NCBI GenBank assembly: GCA_963675745.2
Contig: CAXXWX010000019.1
Span: forward strand, 352,001-416,000
Source: Phycisphaerae bacterium
GTDB lineage: Bacteria > Planctomycetota > Phycisphaerae > UBA1845 > Fen-1342
Length of the DNA stretch: 64,000 nt
Direction: 5' to 3'
Below, in pieces: positions 19,520-27,105 of this stretch (positions are counted from its first letter, which is position 1; each line of letters starts with the position of its first letter). The notes beneath the pieces were generated by a model, which was not told the DNA's origin, ran no database searches, and was given only the letters and a program-made list of their open reading frames with translations. The position numbers and the translations under genes were made by a program.

Positions 19520-20752
19520 ATGGCCAGCGCCCACGCCAAATCGCTCGTCACCGCCTTGATGATCGTTATCGTCGCCCAACTGGGATGCACCGCCCCCTCA
19601 CAAGCGGAGGTCAAACCGATCGATATGCGCAGCGTCACCGACGCCGGAAACCGGTTCGCGCTCGAACTCTACCGGGAACTCTGCCGCGAAGACGACAACG
19701 TATTCTTCTCGCCCTACAGCATCACCGCCGCTCTGGCCATGACCTACGGTGGCGCCGGTGGCCAGACCGCCGAACAGATGGCCGACGTGCTGCACCTGTC
19801 TGGTCTGGATGGTGACGTTCACGCGGCCCTGGGGAAACTGACCGCTTCGCTGAACGCGCCGGCGGAGACCGACTATAAGCTCTCAGTGGCGAACGCGCTT
19901 TGGGGGCAGAGCGGCTATCGGTTTCGGCGTGAGTTCGTCGAACTGCTCGACGAACGCTATGCCGCGCCGCTTAACGAGGTTGATTTCAAGGCCGCGCTGC
20001 AGCAGGCTTGTGACCGCATAAACACCTGGGTCGCGGACAAGACGGCCGGCAAGATCACGAAACTGGTTGACGCGCGCGCCATGCCGCCGTCCACACGACT
20101 GGTACTGACCAACGCCATCTACTTCAAGGGCACCTGGCGCCACCCGTTTGACGCGAAACACACGGAGCCAGCGCCATTCAAGCTGGCGGGCGGCAAACAG
20201 GTTGATGTGCCCATGATGCGGCAGAAACGGCGTTTCGGTTTGTTCGAGAATGTCGAGTTCCAGGTCCTGGCAATGCCGTATGGCAAGGCCGGTGAGCTGG
20301 AGATGTTGGTGATGCTGCCGCGCGCCACCGACGGGCTCCTCCGGTTCGAGCGCTGTCTGACATTGGACGAGATGGGCAACTGGCTTGAGAACATGCGCTC
20401 GCGCGAGGTAATCGTATGGCTGCCGCGCACCAAGATTACCGGCGAGTTTCAACTGGGCCGCACGCTGGCGAAGATGGGCATGCCCGACGCGTTTTCAGCC
20501 GATAAAGCCGATTTCTCGCGCATGACCGAGCAGGAGAGGCTGTTCATCGGGATGGTTGTACACAAGGCCTACGTGGACGTAAACGAGGAGGGCACCGAAG
20601 CCGCGGCCGCGACCGGGGTCGGCATGGCGGCGACGGCGATGCCCAAACCACCGGCGCGCTTTGTCGCCGACCATCCGTTCATGTTCCTGATCCGCGACAC
20701 GCGCTCGAACGCGCTATTGTTCATCGGGCGCGTCATGAATCCCGCCGAGTGA
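19520..20752 (+). CDS. Serpin (serine protease inhibitor), probable lipoprotein
   Basis: FFSPYSI, LTNAIYFKGTW, hinge EEGTEAAAAT, DHPFMFLI, LFIGRVMNP. AAGGAG RBS; AQLGC lipobox-like. Confidence 0.93.
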   Translation: MASAHAKSLVTALMIVIVAQLGCTAPSQAEVKPIDMRSVTDAGNRFALELYRELCREDDNVFFSPYSITAALAMTYGGAGGQTAEQMADVLHLSGLDGDVHAALGKLTASLNAPAETDYKLSVANALWGQSGYRFRREFVELLDERYAAPLNEVDFKAALQQACDRINTWVADKTAGKITKLVDARAMPPSTRLVLTNAIYFKGTWRHPFDAKHTEPAPFKLAGGKQVDVPMMRQKRRFGLFENVEFQVLAMPYGKAGELEMLVMLPRATDGLLRFERCLTLDEMGNWLENMRSREVIVWLPRTKITGEFQLGRTLAKMGMPDAFSADKADFSRMTEQERLFIGMVVHKAYVDVNEEGTEAAAATGVGMAATAMPKPPARFVADHPFMFLIRDTRSNALLFIGRVMNPAE

Positions 20753-20767
20753 CGGTGGCAACCGGCA

Positions 20768-22498
20768 TCAGAGTATTCTCAGGCCGACCAGCGTCAGGTC
20801 GTCCGCCTGCTCCGCCAGCCCCACAAAACGGCGTATGTCCCAGACGATGTTGTGCAGAACCTCATCGGGCGCCAGCGCCCCGTGCTGCCGCAGCGACGCG
20901 TGCAAACGGCTGCGGCCGAACAGCTCTCCGTCGAAGTTGGCGGCGTCGATGGCGCCATCCGTATACAAAACCAGGAAGTCGCCCGGCTTGACGGCTATTC
21001 GGTGGACCTTGTAGGCCTCGTGCGGATCGACGCCCAACACCAGCCCGGCTTCGTCGATGACACGCAGAGCCCCGTCCCGCAGCAGCAGCAGCGGCTCGTG
21101 TCCGGCGCTGCAAACAGTGGCATCGCGGCCTTCGCGGTCAATCGCGACGATCAGTAACGTGACGAACTCGCGCGAAGTCGTGTCGCGGCACACATGTTGG
21201 TTGAGCCGATTGAGCAGATCATCCGGCGTCAGGCAAGCCTCCGCCCCGGCGCGCAGCGCGCCACGCACAGAGGCTCCGAGCAGGGCGGCCGGCATACCCT
21301 TGCCCACGACATCAGCCACTACCGCGGCGGTCTGGCCGCCGCACAAGCTGATAAAGTCGCAGAAGTCGCCGGCAACATGCGAACTGGGGCTGAAGATGCG
21401 CGCGGCTTCGATGTGCGGGTGAGTGGGAATCGGCGTGGCCAACATGCGCGACTGAATCTGGCCGGCCACGCGCAACTCGCGCTCGGTTTCGGCGTTGCGC
21501 AGGCGCTCCTCGAGCAACTGGGCGTTAACAATGGCGGTGGCGGCCTGCGCGGCAACCGCGCCGAGCAACTCGCGCTGAGTCTGGGGGAACCGCCGTCGCC
21601 TGGCGGTGTAGACGCGCATTACGCCGACCGGCTGGCCGTGATACATCAAGCCGGTGGTCAGCGCGCTGACAATCCCCTCGCCGCGCGCGTCACCGCGCAG
21701 TTGAAAGCGCGCGTCGTCAGCCACATTTTCCACGTACACCAGCCGGCCATTAAGCGCCTCGTCATCGATCGCGTTGTCTGCGCGGCGGATCACTCCCTGG
21801 TTTACGTAGCGCGCCGAGAGATTGTGTACCGCCTTGATCGTCAGCTCCCTGGTTGCCGGGTTATACAGCCGCAGACTGCAATAACGGCACTTCATGACGC
21901 GTGCGGTCTCGGCCACTATGCGGTCGAGCACCGTTTGCAGATCGTGGCGTCCGCTGACCAGCGCCGCGATATCACCCATCAGCGCCAGTTCCTCGGAAGC
22001 CGCCCGAATGCGTACCTGGTGACGGCACCATTCAGAGAGCACGCGCGATACCCAACGCACACTGCGCACCGGTTTGCTGTCGGAGGTTGCTTTGAAAAGC
22101 GGCAGTTCGCCGAATGCCACGCGCAGCTCAGATGCGTCGTCGTGCGTGGACAGCACCTCAGGGGGGACCTCCGCGCGCAACTCGCGCAGCTCGCCCGCAG
22201 CGACAAACCCGGCGACGTTGCGCTGCACATAGACGGGCGCGACGACGTGCGTCACCCCCAGCACCGTGCAGGCCAGGATGCGCGCCGGGGGCTCGTCGGC
22301 CGGTAAGCGTAGTTCCATCAACCTGGGCGGCAACGTGGGGGGCAAGCATTGGCACAACTTGCCGTAGCGGCTCGTCGCCGGTGACGCCGCCAGCAATCTG
22401 CGTCGCCCATCGAAGACGGCGATCCGTTGTCCACTGACGCGCGCCAGCCCGCCGACGAAATCTTCGAGAAAGGCGATGTCGAGCAATTCACGCAACAA
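20768..22498 (-). CDS. RsbU-like PP2C/SpoIIE phosphatase with N-terminal PocR-like and GAF sensor domains
   Basis: AGQIQ, VAGDFCD, VADVVGKG, LYTDG, ADDLT; central GAF domain. Confidence 0.88.
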   Translation of the reverse strand: MLRELLDIAFLEDFVGGLARVSGQRIAVFDGRRRLLAASPATSRYGKLCQCLPPTLPPRLMELRLPADEPPARILACTVLGVTHVVAPVYVQRNVAGFVAAGELRELRAEVPPEVLSTHDDASELRVAFGELPLFKATSDSKPVRSVRWVSRVLSEWCRHQVRIRAASEELALMGDIAALVSGRHDLQTVLDRIVAETARVMKCRYCSLRLYNPATRELTIKAVHNLSARYVNQGVIRRADNAIDDEALNGRLVYVENVADDARFQLRGDARGEGIVSALTTGLMYHGQPVGVMRVYTARRRRFPQTQRELLGAVAAQAATAIVNAQLLEERLRNAETERELRVAGQIQSRMLATPIPTHPHIEAARIFSPSSHVAGDFCDFISLCGGQTAAVVADVVGKGMPAALLGASVRGALRAGAEACLTPDDLLNRLNQHVCRDTTSREFVTLLIVAIDREGRDATVCSAGHEPLLLLRDGALRVIDEAGLVLGVDPHEAYKVHRIAVKPGDFLVLYTDGAIDAANFDGELFGRSRLHASLRQHGALAPDEVLHNIVWDIRRFVGLAEQADDLTLVGLRIL

Positions 22499-22658
22499 GC
22501 GGCACTATCTCCGTCTGGGGATGTGAATCAGGCGCTATGATCGCGGCGTGGCCCGCGGAAATGAAGGGGGCGGCTTGCGTTTTGCGTTAGAATAGGCTCG
22601 TCGCCGGCAAACCGGCTGCCGCGCCGGCCGGCTTGTAGCTATCACACAGGAGGACGGT

Positions 22659-24224
22659 TTGTCCCGACAGTCAATGCCGCAGCCCAGCGCCCCGTGGCGT
22701 GCGCTCGCACAGAGCCTCTTTCTGGGGTTCGCCGCCGTGGCGTTGGGGCAGACCGGCGTACAGGTCAACGTCGGGCCCACCGGCCGGGACATGCCGGGCG
22801 ACGCTGCCAATGAGGTCAGCATGATCGCGAGCCCGCGCGATCCGAACATAATGGCCGCCGGCTGGCGCAATTTCACCGACAGAGATTATTCAAACCGCGA
22901 GGCGGGCTGCGCCTACTCCACCGACGCCGGCCGAACCTGGCACTCTACCGGAATCATCACGCATTTCCCGGACCGTTTCGCGCCGTACATGGCCAGCGAT
23001 CCAGCCCTCGCCGCCGCGCCCGACGGGACGATGTACTACGCCCATTTGGTGTGGGATCAGTTTGGTCTCGATCGGGGAATCGTATTATCGAGTTCTGTCG
23101 ACGGCGGCCGGTCCTGGACGATGCGATCCGTCGTCATCGCGGACGCTAACTGGCTGACACCCGACAAGCAGTGGATTGCGGTCGACTGCACCGGCGGCCC
23201 GACAAACGGCACGCTCTACGTGTCTTACACCATGGGGCTGGTCCACCCCTTCTACATCTACATTCAACGGAGTACCGATGGGGGCCGCACGTTCGACCGG
23301 CCCGTGCGCGTGTCGGCATACCAGGGCGAGCACACTTCGCTCCCCATAGTCGCCCCCGACGGAACTGTACACCTCGTATCTCTGTTTGCGGTACGCGGCG
23401 GCGGCACTCTGCGCGTCAGACGCTCACTCAACGCCCAGGATCAGCGCTGGCCCCTGCGTTTCAGCCAAGCCACCTCGCTACGGGCCGCGGCCGTGTCCGG
23501 GGGCTGGGGACAAATCCCCGTCGGCCTGCACGTGCCGGCCATTGCTACGGACAGTAGTGGCGGCGCGTACCACGGCGCGGTCTACATCGCGTATGTACGT
23601 GCCGGTTGGGCCGGCGTCACCAATATCGCCGTCGCACGCTCGCACGACGGTGGCAACTCCTGGCAGGTCGCCGCACGCGTCAATGACCGTGGATTCATGA
23701 AGCGCCGCGATTGCTTCATGCCGGCTATCAGCGTCGCACCCGATGGGCGTATCGACCTGACCTGGTATGACCGCCGTAATGACCCGGACAATCTGCGCGC
23801 CGAACTCTATTACAGCTACAGCATCGATGGCGGCAAGACCTGGCAACCAAACGTGCGTCTCAGCGATTCATTCGATCCCACCGCCGGATACCCGCGCATG
23901 AGTCCCAAGATCGGTGAGTACCATGCCTCCTTCAGCACCGTCGATGAACTGCGCATCGCGTACACCGGCACCTATAACGGCCAGCAGAACATATACTGCA
24001 TCATCCACCGGCCTTATCTCGGTGATCTCAACGGTGACCGCCTCCTCGACGGCGAAGACATCGACGCCCTCGCCATGGCACTCTGTAACCCCACGGCACA
24101 TGCGAATGCGCACGTCGGTGTCGATCTGTTACGGCGAGGAGACTTCAACGGCGACAATCAAGTAGACCTTGACGACGTCGTGCCCTTTCTGGGGCGCATG
24201 TCGCAACGCCGCGAGAGGGAGTAG
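22659..24224 (+). CDS. Secreted BNR/sialidase-like beta-propeller protein with C-terminal dockerin-like domain
   Basis: Asp-box repeats STDAGRTW, SVDGGRSW, STDGGRTF, SHDGGNSW, SIDGGKTW; DKQW; C-terminal GDLNGD...GDFNGD. Confidence 0.85.
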   Translation: MSRQSMPQPSAPWRALAQSLFLGFAAVALGQTGVQVNVGPTGRDMPGDAANEVSMIASPRDPNIMAAGWRNFTDRDYSNREAGCAYSTDAGRTWHSTGIITHFPDRFAPYMASDPALAAAPDGTMYYAHLVWDQFGLDRGIVLSSSVDGGRSWTMRSVVIADANWLTPDKQWIAVDCTGGPTNGTLYVSYTMGLVHPFYIYIQRSTDGGRTFDRPVRVSAYQGEHTSLPIVAPDGTVHLVSLFAVRGGGTLRVRRSLNAQDQRWPLRFSQATSLRAAAVSGGWGQIPVGLHVPAIATDSSGGAYHGAVYIAYVRAGWAGVTNIAVARSHDGGNSWQVAARVNDRGFMKRRDCFMPAISVAPDGRIDLTWYDRRNDPDNLRAELYYSYSIDGGKTWQPNVRLSDSFDPTAGYPRMSPKIGEYHASFSTVDELRIAYTGTYNGQQNIYCIIHRPYLGDLNGDRLLDGEDIDALAMALCNPTAHANAHVGVDLLRRGDFNGDNQVDLDDVVPFLGRMSQRRERE

Positions 24225-24477
24225 GTCGACGCGGCCGCGGAGCGGCGTTCGCGCGCCGCCCGTTCGCCAGGCGCGGGGGTCGCGAGACAGAAAACACTTG
24301 CATTGTGGGGTGGCAAGAGCCTACGATTGCCGTTTGGGCTGCTGTGACGCTCCGGGCGGATTCTCGGGGGCGGGTTTTCGCGGAGCACGGCGAACTCACA
24401 GCGACGATTTTGGGGACGGAGTCAGACTGCGCGAGCCGACTTTCGCTCACCAGCACTGAATGCAAGGTAGCACACGG

Positions 24478-26091
24478 ATGCGATTTTGTGGGATCAAATT
24501 CACCGCCACCGGGCTGGTCTGCGCGCTCCTGACGATCGCCGCCGCGGGCGAACCATATGAGGTCGTGCGCGGTACCGCAACGAAGGTCACCCCATCGCCA
24601 ATGCCCGGCGTCGCGTATTCCAACACCGATGGAGCAGCACGATTCGGGTTTCCCTATCATCCGACCGCTCAAGTTGGCGACGATGTCACACTCATCGGGC
24701 GCGGGCTGCTCAGCGCGGTTCGGCTATCGATCTACAACCCTGACGATGTCGATCCGAACGATTGCATGAAATCGTCAATCGAAAGCGTCGATGCGACAGT
24801 CATCATTACGCGCCAGTCGGACAACGTTGAGATCGGTCGTTTCACGCGGACCCTGGTGTTCGGAACGGGTGATGATGCACTGCCACCCGGGCAGTTCAGC
24901 TATTGGACGCTCAGCGACCTCGCTGGGGAGAACATCGTCCTTGATCAGCGCGATCTGGTGTTGAGTGTCCGCTTTACGAACCTGGTCTGGGCGGACCCCG
25001 GTTGCATCGGGTTCATCGGACAGGCCGCGTTCTTCGATCCCAACGGATGCGCAACCGGCGAGTGGACGTCGATAATGAACCCCGCCGGAATCAGCCGCGA
25101 CACGTTCGCCATAAACGGCGCGCTCGGGTGGTTTCTCGGCGGGTGTCCCTGGGTCGCCAATTTCTATTGGGAGTTGAGCGTTGAAGACCTGGAACGCTTC
25201 CCTACCACCGTTGATCGACGACCGGAGTTCCCCGTTCCGGCCGCGACTTACTGGTTCAATCCGGCGGTACGCGATTTTGGTGGTGGATACGATGAATGGC
25301 GCAGCGACCTGCCCGATCCTGTGATCTACGAAGTTGGGTTTCCATACGTGTTCGCAACCGATCCGCACGCCGTACCCGGGCACGAGTGTCTCGGTTGGGT
25401 GATGCGCAAACTCGACGGCACCTCGGAGCGCGATTATGCGTACACCACCACGCCGCCCGGCATCGTCGCGTCGGCCTACAGCGAGATTGTGATGCTGTTC
25501 GAGACCTCGACGTACGTCAGCGCGGTGCTGACCATGGATGATATCGAACTGGCCCTGGCGGAGCCGATTACGATTGGCAAGACCGATCCCAACGACCCCG
25601 CGGGGCCTTTGCTGGAGTATCTCGATCGCGCCGGTCTTGGGGATGGGGTGACGCCCCTGACACGCCGCTATAGCCCAGTCCAGGAATTTGGCGACTATGA
25701 AACAGAACTCATAACGTTCGAGGCGGCCGAGCGCGAAGGGGCGACCGTCGGCTGGCAGTTCACGCGTTGGGACGGCAGCACCATCCAGCACGACGGTCGG
25801 CGGACCACCGAACTCGAGATTCACCGCTACCAGGAGGGCAAGCTGGTATACGAGATCAGCGATCCACCCTGCCTGCTGCCGGGCGACACGAACTGCGATG
25901 GCTGGGCGAATAACGGCGACATCGATTCGTTCATATTCGCGGTGACTGATGGGCAGGCGGCGTGGCTGGCGGACCTGGTTGACCGCGGCGTTACCATTTG
26001 CGATTTCGATTGTGCCGCCGATCTCAACGGGGATGGCTGGGTAAACAACGGCGACATCGAGCCGTTTATCGACTTGATCAGCGGTCAGTGA
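24478..26091 (+). CDS. Secreted hypothetical protein with C-terminal dockerin-like domain
   Basis: Signal peptide (ALLTIAAAG); C-terminal GDTNCDGWANNGDIDSF...ADLNGDGWVNNGDIEPF. Confidence 0.8.
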   Translation: MRFCGIKFTATGLVCALLTIAAAGEPYEVVRGTATKVTPSPMPGVAYSNTDGAARFGFPYHPTAQVGDDVTLIGRGLLSAVRLSIYNPDDVDPNDCMKSSIESVDATVIITRQSDNVEIGRFTRTLVFGTGDDALPPGQFSYWTLSDLAGENIVLDQRDLVLSVRFTNLVWADPGCIGFIGQAAFFDPNGCATGEWTSIMNPAGISRDTFAINGALGWFLGGCPWVANFYWELSVEDLERFPTTVDRRPEFPVPAATYWFNPAVRDFGGGYDEWRSDLPDPVIYEVGFPYVFATDPHAVPGHECLGWVMRKLDGTSERDYAYTTTPPGIVASAYSEIVMLFETSTYVSAVLTMDDIELALAEPITIGKTDPNDPAGPLLEYLDRAGLGDGVTPLTRRYSPVQEFGDYETELITFEAAEREGATVGWQFTRWDGSTIQHDGRRTTELEIHRYQEGKLVYEISDPPCLLPGDTNCDGWANNGDIDSFIFAVTDGQAAWLADLVDRGVTICDFDCAADLNGDGWVNNGDIEPFIDLISGQ

Positions 26092-27083
26092 TCCGCGCGT
26101 GGGCGCCGTGTTTCGCCACGCCGGTCGCCGGCGTCTATTCGATCAAATCGCACCATGTCCTCACCCACGCCGAGGCTTTCCAGGCGGCGCCGTAGTACCA
26201 GCACGTCGGTCTTCAGCGTCCGTGTGACCGTTATGCGCTGCACGAAGTCCTGGTCGAGCTGCCGCGCCAGGCAGAGGATGTCGGCCAGGTCTTCGCTGGT
26301 CGCAGACTGTCCATCAACCGTAATCACGCCACGAAAGTCCAGCGCCACTTCGCGAACTCGCGGCCGTGCCGGCCGGATGATCATGGTGACGCGCGTGCCG
26401 ACGTCGGGGATAGCGTCGGTGTCAGCGGCCACCCACACGCCGCCCAGAATGCTCGGATAACGCCGGGAATAGGCAATCAGGCTGTCGACGAAGTCGACGG
26501 TTGCGACGCCCACGCCACTGTATTCGGAGGCAACCAGCCCGTCTTCGAGCAGAATCGATCCCCCAAACACCCATGGCCTTTCGATCGGTGCTCGGCCAAA
26601 CTCGATTGTGCGCAGCCAGTCGCAGGCATTGATCGTGTGCGTTTGGGCGACGCCATCCCAGCGCAGCAGAATATCCACAAGGTCGCCGGCCGGTGCATCG
26701 AAGTCGCCGGTCACATCATTCCAGCGGGGCGGGTGGCCGGGCGTCATTCCGGCCAACCCCATGGCCTGGAACACGGCTGTTGCCCGCGCCTCGCAACGCA
26801 GAATGCTCTCATGATCTTTGCTGTGAAAGCAGGCCAGAAACTCGAGTTGGCCCTGGCGCAGCACGACGCGCGTATCGACGTGTACGGCGCCGTTGTCCCA
26901 GTCGATCGTCACGCCCGGCTGATACTCGCGCAGGCGTCCGCCTGATGTCGCGGCCCCCGGCGCTGCGGTTGCCGAAGCGATTGCCGTTACCGCGAGCACA
27001 ACGCAGGCGGCGTGCATGGTCCATCCGGCGTGGTTAGCAAACCGCCCGCCGATGATCGGCGGGCGGTGAGTGGGTTCAGTCAT
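26085..27083 (-). CDS. YdjY-like domain protein, exported, with a possible ExbD-like C-terminal domain
   Basis: Hydrophobic N-terminal segment; LEFLAC...KDHESIL and WVFGGS motifs recalled from YdjY-domain proteins. Confidence 0.6.
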   Translation of the reverse strand: MTEPTHRPPIIGGRFANHAGWTMHAACVVLAVTAIASATAAPGAATSGGRLREYQPGVTIDWDNGAVHVDTRVVLRQGQLEFLACFHSKDHESILRCEARATAVFQAMGLAGMTPGHPPRWNDVTGDFDAPAGDLVDILLRWDGVAQTHTINACDWLRTIEFGRAPIERPWVFGGSILLEDGLVASEYSGVGVATVDFVDSLIAYSRRYPSILGGVWVAADTDAIPDVGTRVTMIIRPARPRVREVALDFRGVITVDGQSATSEDLADILCLARQLDQDFVQRITVTRTLKTDVLVLRRRLESLGVGEDMVRFDRIDAGDRRGETRRPRADH

Positions 27084-27105
27084 GTGACGGGTATACACGT
27101 GCGCG

